This document shows, in pieces, positions 19,134 to 28,433 of a stretch of 64,000 nt of DNA. The DNA lies in NCBI GenBank assembly GCA_035469145.1, contig DATISB010000011.1:78-64077 (forward strand), given 5' to 3'. The DNA is from Pseudolabrys sp. GTDB lineage: Bacteria > Pseudomonadota > Alphaproteobacteria > Rhizobiales > Xanthobacteraceae. The notes below the pieces were generated by a model. The model was not told the DNA's origin. It did not search any database and saw only the letters and a list, made by a program, of their open reading frames with translations. The position numbers and the translations under genes were made by a program. Within the stretch, counting starts at the first letter, position 1; each line of letters opens with the position of its first letter.

Positions 19134-20810
19134 ATGCCCGTCGCCGCCTCTCGCCCCACCGCCGACCACGAGCTTGTTGAACTCAGCCGCGAGGCGACCG
19201 TCGCACTTGATGCATTGCTGGCGGATGCCGTAGCCAAGGTGCGCGAGCGGGTGGTGGTAGCCGGCGAGCCGGGCGCCCGCCTGTTCGATCACGAGCAGCG
19301 CGCCACCCATGGGCTGGCCTGGCTCGCCACCTATGTGGAGGCCGTACGCCAGCTCGCCGCCTATACCGAACGGATGGTCGGCACCGGCACGCTCGGCGAG
19401 ATCGAGGAACATCTCGTGCGCGTCGCTCTCGGCGAATATCTCGCCCAGATCATCGGCGGCATTCCGATGAGCCAGGGCGAGATGGTGCGGCCGAGCGATC
19501 TCGGACTTTCAACGGCGCAGGTTGCGGCCCGCATCAACCGAAACGTCGAGGGCTTGATCGCCAGCGGCAATACCGTTGAGCGGCGTGCCCGTCTGATCGA
19601 GCTGATGCGCGCCAGCCACAACGCAACGGTCGGCATGTGCGGCCTCGACGAAACGCTGGATTCGATCCGCGAGGAAATGCGCAAATTCGTCGACAGCGAG
19701 GTGATCGGCCACGCGCAAACCTGGCACCGTACCAACAGTTACATCCCACTCGAGATCATCGGGCAGATGTCGGGGCTCGGCGTGTTCGGGCTCACTATCC
19801 CTGAGGCGTTCGGCGGCATGGGGCTCGGCAAGGAGTCCATGTGCGTGGTATCGGAGGAACTGTCACGCGGCTATATCGGTGTCGGCTCGCTCGGCACGCG
19901 CTCGGAGATCGCCGCCGAATTGATCCTCGGCAGCGGCACGACCGAGCAGAGGGAAAAATGGCTGCCGAAGATCGCCTCCGGCGAGGTGCTGCCGACCGCC
20001 GTGTTCACCGAGCCGAACACCGGCTCGGACTTGGCCTCGATCAAGACCCGCGCGCTGCGCGAGGGTAACGTCTACAAGGTCTACGGCAACAAGACCTGGA
20101 TCACCCATCCGGTGCGCGCCGACCTGATGACACTCTTGGTGCGCACCAATCCGAAGGAGACCGGCCATCGCGGCTTGTCCATGCTGCTCGCCGAGAAACC
20201 GCGCGGCGACGACAAGACTCCGTTTCCCGCCAAGGGCATGAGCGGCACCGAGATCGAGGTGCTCGGCTATCGCGGCATGAAGGAATACGAGATCGCCTTC
20301 GATGGCTTCGTAGTGAAAGAGGAAAACCTGCTCGGCGGCGTCGAGGGGCTGGGCTTCAAGCAGCTTATGCAGACCTTCGAATCGGCGCGCATTCAAACAG
20401 CCGCCAGGGCGATTGGCGTCGCGCAGGCGGCAATGGAGCAGGCGCTCGGCTATGCGCAGGCCCGCGTGCAGTTCGGCGTTCCAATTGTGAGCTTCCCGCG
20501 CGTCGCCGACAAGCTCGCCATGATGGCGGCGGAAATCATGACCGCGCGCCAGCTTACTTATTTCGCGGCGCGCGAAAAGGATTCCGGCCGCCGCTGCGAT
20601 CTGGAAGCCGGCATGGCCAAGCTGTTGGCCGCGCGCATCGCCTGGGCCAATGCCGACAATGCGGTGCAGATCCACGGCGGCAACGGCTTCGCGCTGGAAT
20701 TCCCGATCTCGCGCATCCTGTGCGACGCCCGCATCCTGAATATTTTCGAGGGCGCCGCCGAGATCCAGGCGCAGGTCATCGCCCGCCGGCTGCTCGACGG
20801 GACGAATTGA
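19134..20810 (+). CDS. mcd: (2S)-methylsuccinyl-CoA dehydrogenase
   Basis: Acyl-CoA dehydrogenase with long N-terminal extension (EQRATHGLAWLATYVE), GSLGTRSEIA, VFTEPNTGSDL, VLGYRGMKEY; near ccr and ecm. Confidence 0.9.
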   Translation: MPVAASRPTADHELVELSREATVALDALLADAVAKVRERVVVAGEPGARLFDHEQRATHGLAWLATYVEAVRQLAAYTERMVGTGTLGEIEEHLVRVALGEYLAQIIGGIPMSQGEMVRPSDLGLSTAQVAARINRNVEGLIASGNTVERRARLIELMRASHNATVGMCGLDETLDSIREEMRKFVDSEVIGHAQTWHRTNSYIPLEIIGQMSGLGVFGLTIPEAFGGMGLGKESMCVVSEELSRGYIGVGSLGTRSEIAAELILGSGTTEQREKWLPKIASGEVLPTAVFTEPNTGSDLASIKTRALREGNVYKVYGNKTWITHPVRADLMTLLVRTNPKETGHRGLSMLLAEKPRGDDKTPFPAKGMSGTEIEVLGYRGMKEYEIAFDGFVVKEENLLGGVEGLGFKQLMQTFESARIQTAARAIGVAQAAMEQALGYAQARVQFGVPIVSFPRVADKLAMMAAEIMTARQLTYFAAREKDSGRRCDLEAGMAKLLAARIAWANADNAVQIHGGNGFALEFPISRILCDARILNIFEGAAEIQAQVIARRLLDGTN

Positions 20811-20845
20811 CGCGGCCTTTCGCGATGAAATAGGGATCTCGGCGT

Positions 20846-20859
20846 TTGATCCAGAACAA
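20846..20859. promoter_or_regulatory. Putative FixK/FNR box
   Basis: TTGAT-CCAG-AACAA, one mismatch to TTGAT-N4-ATCAA, about 50 bp upstream of the 20911 start. Confidence 0.5.
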
Positions 20860-20910
20860 AGCGCTCTATTCGCGATTATTCTAGACTTTTACTATATTCA
20901 GGAGGTCCGT

Positions 20911-21363
20911 ATGTCCGAATTATTGATCAACAGTGACGAATGGGTTGTGGTCTGCGACGGCGCCAAGGCGCTGGTGCTGCAAAACGTCGGCGATACCAAG
21001 TTTCCCAACCTAAAGACCATCAAGGTTTTCGAGCAGAAGGACTCGGCCACCCATGAACTCGGCGCCGATGCGCCGGGCCGGGCCTTCAGTCCAGCCAGTC
21101 ACGGCAGCCGTAGCACCATTGAGCAGACCGACTGGCACGATCAGGCCGAGCGGGCCTTTCTCGCGCATCTGGTCCAGTATCTCGATGGCGCGCTCGCCGC
21201 CGGCAAGACGAAGTCAATCATCCTGGCCGCATCGCCGCGCGCGCTCGGCATGATCCGTTCGGCCTATTCGCACGCGCTGCGCGCCGCGGTGCGCGCCGAG
21301 GTGGACAAGGACCTCGTAAAAATGCCAATCCATGAGATCGAGAAGCACCTGACCGGCGCCTGA
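20911..21363 (+). CDS. Host attachment family protein (baeRF12-like)
   Basis: WVVVCDGAKAL, DAPGR, EQTDWH, ASPRALG, EVDKDLVK. Confidence 0.85.
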   Translation: MSELLINSDEWVVVCDGAKALVLQNVGDTKFPNLKTIKVFEQKDSATHELGADAPGRAFSPASHGSRSTIEQTDWHDQAERAFLAHLVQYLDGALAAGKTKSIILAASPRALGMIRSAYSHALRAAVRAEVDKDLVKMPIHEIEKHLTGA

Positions 21364-21447
21364 GGCGGCTTACGCTCTCTTGATTAAGGCTGGCCCGCCA
21401 CAATGGCGATGCTATGTTCGCCGCCAATCTTTACTCGGGTCCGGCGA

Positions 21448-22371
21448 ATGAATCGATTTGGCGGTCAATGCGCACGTGGCGGCGGTGTACTTACTATCGT
21501 CGTCCTGCTGGCGGCGATGATCGCCACGGCCGACGCGCAGCCGGCCAATCAGCCGCCTACCACGAACCCGGCCGCGCCCGCGAAGCCGGCGAACACCATC
21601 AACAACCCGATGGCGGTGCCCGGCTTCTGGGATCCGCGCCGGCGGCCGGAACGGCCGGACCTCTCGCGCATCAGCATCATCCGCTTCCTCACCGAAACCG
21701 ATTATCCACCGTTCGACTATACCGGGCCGGACGGCACGCCCGCCGGCTTCAATGTAGATCTGGCGCGGCTAATCTGCGAGGAAATCAAGGTCGCCTGCAC
21801 CGTGCAGATGCGGCGGTTCGACACGCTGATTGCGTCCTTGAATAGCAATAACGGCGACGCGGTGATCGCCTCCATCGCCGAGACGCCGGAGATGCGCCGC
21901 CAAGTCGATTTCAGCGATCCCTATTACCGCACGCCGGCGCGCTTCGTGTCGCGCCGCGACTTCAACAGCGACGACGTGCGCCCGGAGGCGCTCGAAGGCA
22001 GGAAGATCGCGGTGGTCGCCGGCACCGCGCACGAAGCCTATCTGAAGGCCTTGTTCACCGAAGCCGAGCTGCATCCCTATCCGAACGAGGACGCCGCCCG
22101 CTTTGCGCTGAAAAAGGGCGATGTCGATCTGCTGTTCGGCGACGGCATCTCACTGGCGTTCTGGCTCAACGGCACCGACTCCGGCGGCTGCTGCGAATTC
22201 CGCGGTGGGCCATACATGGAGAGCCGTTTTTTCGGCGAAGGCGTCGGCATCGCGGTCCGCCGCGGCAACGACGTGTTGCGGCAGGCGTTCAACTGGGCGC
22301 TGTTCCAGCTGTGGGAGAAAGGCCGTTTCACCGATCTTTGGCTGCGCTATTTCCCCATCAGCCCGTTTTGA
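21448..22371 (+). CDS. Polar amino-acid ABC transporter substrate-binding protein
   Basis: Signal peptide, DYPPF, GFNVDLA, FSDPYY (SBP family 3). Confidence 0.85.
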   Translation: MNRFGGQCARGGGVLTIVVLLAAMIATADAQPANQPPTTNPAAPAKPANTINNPMAVPGFWDPRRRPERPDLSRISIIRFLTETDYPPFDYTGPDGTPAGFNVDLARLICEEIKVACTVQMRRFDTLIASLNSNNGDAVIASIAETPEMRRQVDFSDPYYRTPARFVSRRDFNSDDVRPEALEGRKIAVVAGTAHEAYLKALFTEAELHPYPNEDAARFALKKGDVDLLFGDGISLAFWLNGTDSGGCCEFRGGPYMESRFFGEGVGIAVRRGNDVLRQAFNWALFQLWEKGRFTDLWLRYFPISPF

Positions 22372-22425
22372 GTCGTAAATTTGACCTTGGCGCGCTGGAT
22401 TCTTACTGTCCGCGTCCCGGAGATC

Positions 22426-24060
22426 ATGATGTCCGTTACCGAAACCGCTGCATCGTTGCGCGAGCTCGCCGAGCAAACGGGCGCCTGGCCGTTCGAGGAA
22501 GCGCGCAAGATCGTCGTGCGGCTGAAAAAGCAGCCCAAGGAAGAAGTGATCTTCGAGACCGGCTACGGCCCTTCCGGCCTGCCGCATATCGGCACCTTCG
22601 GCGAGGTCGCGCGCACCACCATGGTGCGCCACGCCTTCCGCGTGCTCACCGACGATAAAATCAAGACGCGGCTGATCGCCTTTTCCGACGACATGGACGG
22701 CTTGCGCAAGGTGCCGGACAACGTGCCTAACAAGGAGATGCTGGAGGGCCATCTCGGCAAGCCGCTGACCAAGGTGCCCGATCCGTTCGGCACCCATGCG
22801 AGCTTCGGCGAGCACAACAATGCGCGTCTGCGCGCCTTTCTCGATCATTTCGGCTTTGAATACGAATTTCTGTCCTCGACGCAGTGCTACACCTCGGGCC
22901 GTTTCGACGGCGCGCTGCTCAGGGTGCTGGAACGCTTCGACAAGGTGATGGCTATCATGTTGCCGTCATTGCGCGAGGAGCGCACGCAGACCTATTCGCC
23001 GCTTCTGCCGATCGATCCGCGCACCGGCATCGTGTTGCAAGTGCCTGTGCTCTCGCACGACGCCAAGGCCGGCACCATCACCTACGAAGACCCGGACAGC
23101 AAGGCGCCGGTCACCACGCCGGTAACCGGCGGCCGCTGCAAGCTGCAGTGGAAGCCGGACTGGGCGATGCGCTGGGTGGCGCTCGGCGTCGATTATGAAA
23201 TGGCCGGCAAGGACCTGATTGAATCGGTGAAGCTGTCGGGCGAAATCTGCCGCGCGCTCGGCGGCACGCCGCCGGAAGGGTTCAACTACGAACTCTTCCT
23301 CGACGAGAACGGGCAGAAGATTTCCAAGTCGAAGGGCAATGGCCTCACCATCGACGAATGGCTGCGTTATGCCAGCCCGGAAAGCCTGTCGTGTTTCATG
23401 TATCGCGAGCCGAAGGCGGCCAAGCGGCTCTATTTCGACGTCATCCCGCGCACGGTCGACGAATACCAGCAGTTCCTCGACGGCTATCAGCGGCAGGACG
23501 GCAGGCAACGGTTGTCAAATCCGGTCTGGCACATCCATTCCGGCAATCCGCCGAAGATCGAGATGCCGGTCACGTTCTCGATGCTGCTAACGCTGGTGTC
23601 GTCCTCGAACGCGGAAAACGCCGAGACGCTATGGGGCTTCATCGGCCGCTACCGGCCGGGCGTCACGGCGCAGACGCATCCGAAGCTCAACGCGCAGGTC
23701 GAATATGCCATCCATTATTTCCGCGACTTCGTGCAGCCGGCGAAGAAATTCCGTCAGCCGACCGAGGTCGAGCGCGCCGCGCTGATCGATTTGCGCGACG
23801 CGCTGTCGAATTTGCCGGCGGAAGTCTCGGCCGAAGAAATCCAGGATGTGGTCTACGAGGTCGGGCGGCGCGAGCCGTTCCTCGACCAGAAAAAGAAAGC
23901 CAAGGACGGCAAGCCGGGTGTCTCGCTCGACTGGTTCAATATGCTCTACCAGGTGCTGCTCGGCCAGGAGAAAGGCCCGCGCTTCGGCTCGTTCGTCGCG
24001 GTCTACGGCCTGCAGAACACCATCGACATGATCGACGGCGCACTGGCAAGGAGCGCGTGA
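22426..24060 (+). CDS. lysS: Lysine--tRNA ligase, class I
   Basis: [43 protein letters not shown]. Confidence 0.95.
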   Translation: MMSVTETAASLRELAEQTGAWPFEEARKIVVRLKKQPKEEVIFETGYGPSGLPHIGTFGEVARTTMVRHAFRVLTDDKIKTRLIAFSDDMDGLRKVPDNVPNKEMLEGHLGKPLTKVPDPFGTHASFGEHNNARLRAFLDHFGFEYEFLSSTQCYTSGRFDGALLRVLERFDKVMAIMLPSLREERTQTYSPLLPIDPRTGIVLQVPVLSHDAKAGTITYEDPDSKAPVTTPVTGGRCKLQWKPDWAMRWVALGVDYEMAGKDLIESVKLSGEICRALGGTPPEGFNYELFLDENGQKISKSKGNGLTIDEWLRYASPESLSCFMYREPKAAKRLYFDVIPRTVDEYQQFLDGYQRQDGRQRLSNPVWHIHSGNPPKIEMPVTFSMLLTLVSSSNAENAETLWGFIGRYRPGVTAQTHPKLNAQVEYAIHYFRDFVQPAKKFRQPTEVERAALIDLRDALSNLPAEVSAEEIQDVVYEVGRREPFLDQKKKAKDGKPGVSLDWFNMLYQVLLGQEKGPRFGSFVAVYGLQNTIDMIDGALARSA

Positions 24061-24061
24061 C

Positions 24062-24199
24062 TCTTAATCCCTCCCCCGCAAGGGGGGAGGGTGGTCGGCG
24101 TAGCCGACCGGGTGGGGGAAAATTCGTCGGTGGGATGGCACCCCACCCTGCTTCTCGCTTCGCTCGAAGCCACCCTCCACTTTCAGGGGAGGGATAAGA
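24062..24199. repeat. RIME-like palindromic element between convergent genes
   Basis: Ends tcttaatccctcccc and ggggagggataaga are near-complementary; internal hairpins ccctcccccgcaaggggggaggg and ggtcggcgtagccgacc. Confidence 0.7.
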
Positions 24200-24203
24200 A
24201 AGA

Positions 24204-24836
24204 TCACTGACTCGCCCAAACAATCCGCGCGATCCACAGCACGTCGGACATCGGCAATGTGCGGTCACGGTGCTCGGCATTGAGCGATTTGAGCTCGACG
24301 CTTTTGCCGGTTTTGCGCTTGAGTTCCTTGACCATCACCTCGCCGTCCTTGGTCTTGACCACGACGCGGTCGCCACGCCGCACTGGGGCCGCCGGTGAGA
24401 CCACAATGACGTCGCCGTCGCGATAGGCCGGCTTCATCGAGTCGCCGGAGATTTCCAGTGCGTAGGCGTGCTCGTCGGTGACCGAGGGGAAGGCGATCTC
24501 TTCCCAGCTTTTGCCGACCGGGAAACCGCCGTCGTCGAAATAGCCGCCGGCGCCAGCTTCGGCGAAGCCGATCAGCGGCACGCTTGAAATCGCCACCTTG
24601 CCGCTGTCGGTGATCAGGTTGACGAAGGTGTCGACCTTGGTGCCGGTGGCGGCCAGCGCCTTGGCGACCGATTCGGTGGACGGCCAGCGCGGCCGGCCTT
24701 CCGGCGTGATGCGCTTGGACTTGTTGAAGGTGGTCGGGTCGAGACCCGCCTTCTTGGCGAGACCGGAGGGCGTCAGATTGGCGCGGGCGGCCAACCGGTC
24801 GATGGCAGTCCAGATCTGGTTATGTGTCAGCGACAT
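24204..24836 (-). CDS. HTH transcriptional regulator with peptidase S24 domain
   Basis: MSLTHNQIW...SGLAKKAGLDPTTFNKSKR HTH; GDSM catalytic Ser and VK Lys. Confidence 0.88.
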   Translation of the reverse strand: MSLTHNQIWTAIDRLAARANLTPSGLAKKAGLDPTTFNKSKRITPEGRPRWPSTESVAKALAATGTKVDTFVNLITDSGKVAISSVPLIGFAEAGAGGYFDDGGFPVGKSWEEIAFPSVTDEHAYALEISGDSMKPAYRDGDVIVVSPAAPVRRGDRVVVKTKDGEVMVKELKRKTGKSVELKSLNAEHRDRTLPMSDVLWIARIVWASQ

Positions 24837-24965
24837 CGGCGCACACCCGTCTAAGACTCTAGTCCAAGATATAGGAATTATAGCCTTGAGACGCCCCCCT
24901 CCTGCAACAGTTTCCTTCAAGGCTTGTCTTGAACAAGCCGCAACCCCGCCGATAGGGTCGAACTT

Positions 24966-26063
24966 ATGGTGATCGGCTTTTTCGACTGGCTGTCCCGCCC
25001 GCTGATGCGGGCCCTCGATCCGGAGGATGCGCATACCTTGGCGATCAAGGCCTTGCGCTATATGCCGTTGGCGCGGCCGCCGGCCGACGCCCGTGAGCTT
25101 GGTGTACGGGCCTTCGGTCTCAATTTCCCCAATCCGATCGGGATCGCGGCGGGCTTCGACAAGAACGCACAAGTCCCGGACGCACTGCTGCGGTTGGGTT
25201 TCGGCTTTGTGGAGGTCGGCACCGTCACCCCGCTGCCGCAGACCGGCAATCCGCGCCCGCGCCTGTTCCGGCTCGAATCCGACGAGGGCGTGATCAACCG
25301 ACTCGGCTTCAATAACGAAGGTGCGACGGCGATGCTCAAGCGGCTGGTCGCGCGCGCGGAGGAGGGCGGCATCGTCGGCGTCAATATCGGCGCCAACCGC
25401 GACAGCGCCGACCGCAGCGGCGACTATGTGCGGCTGGTCGAAACCTTCGCGGCGGTTGCCAGCTATTTCACCGTCAACGTCTCCTCGCCCAATACGCCCG
25501 GCTTGCGCGACCTGCAGCAGGGCAAGGCGCTCGACGATTTGCTCGCCCGCGTGCTCGATGCGCGCGAGCGGATGCGCCCGCGCTTCGGGCCGGTGCCGGT
25601 GCTGGTCAAGATCGCACCCGATCTTACACTGTCCGATCTCGATGATGCGGTTGGCATCGCGCGCAAACATCGCCTCGACGGCATGATCGTCGGCAACACC
25701 ACGATCGCGCGGCCGGGCTCGCTGCGCGAGCGCGACAAAGCCAGGGAGACGGGCGGGCTTTCGGGGCGGCCGCTGTTCAAGCTTTCAACCCGCATATTGG
25801 CGGAGACCTTTGTGCGCGCCGAGGGGGCGTTCCCGCTGATCGGCGCCGGCGGCGTCGACTCCGGCCCCACCGCCATCGCCAAGATCAAGGCCGGAGCCAC
25901 ACTGCTACAGCTTTACACCGGGCTGGTGTTCCGCGGCATCGCTGTGGTGTCCGAGATCAAGACGGACCTGCTGGCGGCGCTTAAGCGCGGCCACCGCGAC
26001 TCGCTGGCCGCGATGGTCGGCTCGGATGCGGCGGATATTACGGCGGAGAGTTGGCCGAGCTAA
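24966..26063 (+). CDS. pyrD: Quinone-dependent dihydroorotate dehydrogenase
   Basis: AAGFDKN, GNPRPRLFRL, NVSSPNTPGLR, KIAPD, GGLSG. Confidence 0.95.
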   Translation: MVIGFFDWLSRPLMRALDPEDAHTLAIKALRYMPLARPPADARELGVRAFGLNFPNPIGIAAGFDKNAQVPDALLRLGFGFVEVGTVTPLPQTGNPRPRLFRLESDEGVINRLGFNNEGATAMLKRLVARAEEGGIVGVNIGANRDSADRSGDYVRLVETFAAVASYFTVNVSSPNTPGLRDLQQGKALDDLLARVLDARERMRPRFGPVPVLVKIAPDLTLSDLDDAVGIARKHRLDGMIVGNTTIARPGSLRERDKARETGGLSGRPLFKLSTRILAETFVRAEGAFPLIGAGGVDSGPTAIAKIKAGATLLQLYTGLVFRGIAVVSEIKTDLLAALKRGHRDSLAAMVGSDAADITAESWPS

Positions 26064-26069
26064 ACTGGC

Positions 26070-26345
26070 TTATTTGCCCCGCGGAGCATTGACGATGCGC
26101 ATGATGATCCAGATCGGGATCACGATCACCGCGCCGAGCAGGAAATAGCGCCACAGCCAGCGGAACGCGTCGAAGCCCATGTTCCAGATCGAGCGGATCA
26201 GCCGCTCCACGCTGCTGATGATGTCGAACGGGTCGAGCCCGAGCGCCGCCAGCACGACGCCGACCAGGATCGAGACCAGCACCAGGCGCCCCAGCACCGC
26301 CAGCGGCGAGCCGCCGAAAACCTTCGTTACGGTGTCGTTACTCAT
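26070..26345 (-). CDS. Small membrane protein (DUF6460-like)
   Basis: FGGSPLAVLGRLVLVSILVG...YFLLGAVIVIPIW; AGGAG upstream. Confidence 0.75.
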   Translation of the reverse strand: MSNDTVTKVFGGSPLAVLGRLVLVSILVGVVLAALGLDPFDIISSVERLIRSIWNMGFDAFRWLWRYFLLGAVIVIPIWIIMRIVNAPRGK

Positions 26346-26421
26346 CGGGGCCTCTCCTGGGGTCGTCGGATCCTGGATCATGATTCCATCCTAGCACATT
26401 GCCACGCACGTCTCTTTGATT

Positions 26422-26495
26422 GAGCATGAACTATTCCGAAAACCGGTCCCACCCTCGGATCAAGTCCGAGGGCAGGCTTTTTCGGGATCGTGCTC
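26422..26495. repeat. Palindromic repeat, family A copy 3 (long form, inverted)
   Basis: Reverse complement reads gagcacgatcccgaaaaagcctgccctcggacttgatccgagggtgggaccggttttcggaatagttcatgctc. Confidence 0.85.
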
Positions 26496-26553
26496 TAGAT
26501 ATGCTTAGAATCGCACAATGGAACCCGCAACCGCGCGCGATCGAGCCGCCGCG

Positions 26554-27333
26554 CTAATCCCGTTTGAACACCACGCTGGCGATCCAGCCGGTGAGCAGCG
26601 CCATCAGCATGGTCGCCAAGCCATAAAGCAAGCCATGGTCGCGCGCGGCGTCGGCGACATATTGCTCGAAGCCCGTCTTGGTCACTTCCAACGCCGAATT
26701 GGTGCGCGCCACAATCGCGCCGTCGGCGAACAGCTTGACGTCGATCGTATAGTTGCCGGTCGGTACGTCGGCCGGCAGCGGAATCGCGGTGCGGAACACG
26801 GTCGGCGTGAGGTAGGTCACCGCGCTGCCGATTTCGCTGTACAGAGCCTGCTGAATTTCCAGCCGCACGAAAGCTAGCCGGAACGGATCGTCGCGCACGG
26901 TATCGGCGAGGTCCGGTCCGATGCGCTGCGGCAGCAGGAAATTGTCCAGCCCGATCTGCAATCGCCGCAAGGTGTCCTGCTGGGTGATCTGGCCGACCGG
27001 CCGGTTGCTCAAGATGGCGAGATAGGACGGCACGCGCACGAATTCGCGCGAGTCGACATTGACCCAAATGCCGAGCACACGCTGCTTGCGCCGGGTGCGC
27101 AGTGTCTGGCGCGGTCCGGTTACGGTGACGACAAGATCATAAGCTGACCGCAGCGCGGTCTTGACCGCGTCGGGTTCAATGGTGCCGAACAGCACCAAGT
27201 CTTCTCCGACGAAACTCGAGGTGATCGCCACCCGGTGGTTCGACAGCGACACCACCAGCCGTTCGGCGGCGGCGGGCTTGGCGCCGCAGGCCATCATGAC
27301 GATTACGAGCGTGAGTGCGATCCGCCGCATCAT
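26554..27333 (-). CDS. TIGR02186 family protein
   Basis: Signal peptide, VAITSSFVGEDLVLFG, RRKQRVLGIWVN, C-terminal TM; follows the TauE/SafE gene. Confidence 0.85.
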   Translation of the reverse strand: MMRRIALTLVIVMMACGAKPAAAERLVVSLSNHRVAITSSFVGEDLVLFGTIEPDAVKTALRSAYDLVVTVTGPRQTLRTRRKQRVLGIWVNVDSREFVRVPSYLAILSNRPVGQITQQDTLRRLQIGLDNFLLPQRIGPDLADTVRDDPFRLAFVRLEIQQALYSEIGSAVTYLTPTVFRTAIPLPADVPTGNYTIDVKLFADGAIVARTNSALEVTKTGFEQYVADAARDHGLLYGLATMLMALLTGWIASVVFKRD

Positions 27334-28253
27334 TCGCCCCCGAGGTGTCGTATCGAGTACAGATCGTCCGGCTGCACCACCAGCGCATAGGCGAAGCGCA
27401 GGCCGACCGCGAAAACCAGCAGGCCGAGCAGGAGGCGCAGCCGTTCGCCCTGCATCTTCTGTCCGGTGCGCGCGCCGAATTGCGCGCCAACCACGCCGCC
27501 GACCATCAGGATCAAGGCCAGCACCGCGTCGACGAGATGGTTGGTGGCCGCATGCATCACCGTCGCCGAAGCCATGGTGATGAGGGTGAGCACCATCGAG
27601 GTGCCGATCACGGTCGCGGTTGGCACGCGCAGGAAATAGATCAGCATCGGCACCAGCAAGAATCCGCCGCCGATGCCCATGATCGCGCCGACGAAACCGA
27701 TGATGAACCCGATCAGCCAGACCGGAATCGCCGACACGTAGATTTTCGAGCGTTTGAAGCGCAGCTTGAACGGCAAGCCGTGCAGCCAGGTGTGACTGCC
27801 CGGCCGGCGGATGGTGGCCGGCAGGCCGTGGCGCGCACGCATTACCGCGCGGACGCTTTCATAGATCATCAGGCCGCCGACGATCGTGAGCAGCGTCACA
27901 TAGGACAGCCCGATCACCAGGTCGAGTTGGTCGAGTGCGCGCAAGGTCGTGAACAGCCAGACGCCGGTCGCGGTACCGACGATGCCGGCGCTCAGCAGCA
28001 TCAACGCGAGCGCCAGGTCGAGCGCGCGTCTGTTCCAATAGTTGATCGCACCGGAGAACGAGGATGCGGCGATGTGGCTTGCCACGCTCGCCACCGCAAC
28101 CGCAGGCGAGACGCCGATGAAGATCAGCAGCGGTGTCATCAGGAAGCCGCCGCCGATGCCGAACATGCCGGAGATGTAGCCGACTGCGAGCCCCATCCCC
28201 AGCACGAGGAAGATGTTCACGGGCATGTCGGCGATCGGAAGATAGATCTGCAA
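27330..28253 (-). CDS. Sulfite exporter TauE/SafE family protein
   Basis: QIYLPIA start (TTG), duplicated GIGGGF motifs, multiple TM helices. Confidence 0.88.
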   Translation of the reverse strand: MQIYLPIADMPVNIFLVLGMGLAVGYISGMFGIGGGFLMTPLLIFIGVSPAVAVASVASHIAASSFSGAINYWNRRALDLALALMLLSAGIVGTATGVWLFTTLRALDQLDLVIGLSYVTLLTIVGGLMIYESVRAVMRARHGLPATIRRPGSHTWLHGLPFKLRFKRSKIYVSAIPVWLIGFIIGFVGAIMGIGGGFLLVPMLIYFLRVPTATVIGTSMVLTLITMASATVMHAATNHLVDAVLALILMVGGVVGAQFGARTGQKMQGERLRLLLGLLVFAVGLRFAYALVVQPDDLYSIRHLGGE

Positions 28254-28433
28254 GGGACGTCGTCCGGCGTTCGCGCCCAATGCGCCGCTTAACCGGTCCG
28301 CTCCGGCGGGAGGTTCACCTTGCGGTCAACGCCACGTCTTTCGGAGCCGGTATCGACTCTGGGCCAGAGGTCTTGGCGATATTAGCGATGAACCGGCGCG
28401 CGATCACGCTTTTGCGCGGTCGGACGCGATTGT

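Noticed and set aside
22426-24060. Archaeal-type class I LysRS as a recent horizontal transfer
   Set aside because: Class I LysRS is widespread in alphaproteobacteria.
24204-24836. CI/LexA-like repressor as a prophage marker
   Set aside because: No phage genes nearby; it sits between the core genes lysS and pyrD.
24837-25670. Long N-terminal extension of the S24 regulator ORF
   Set aside because: It is the antisense of pyrD; the family-typical start is MSLTH at 24836.
2512-26495. Repeats as a CRISPR array or tRNA
   Set aside because: Copies are dispersed over many kb with no spacer periodicity, no cas genes and no cloverleaf or T-loop motifs.
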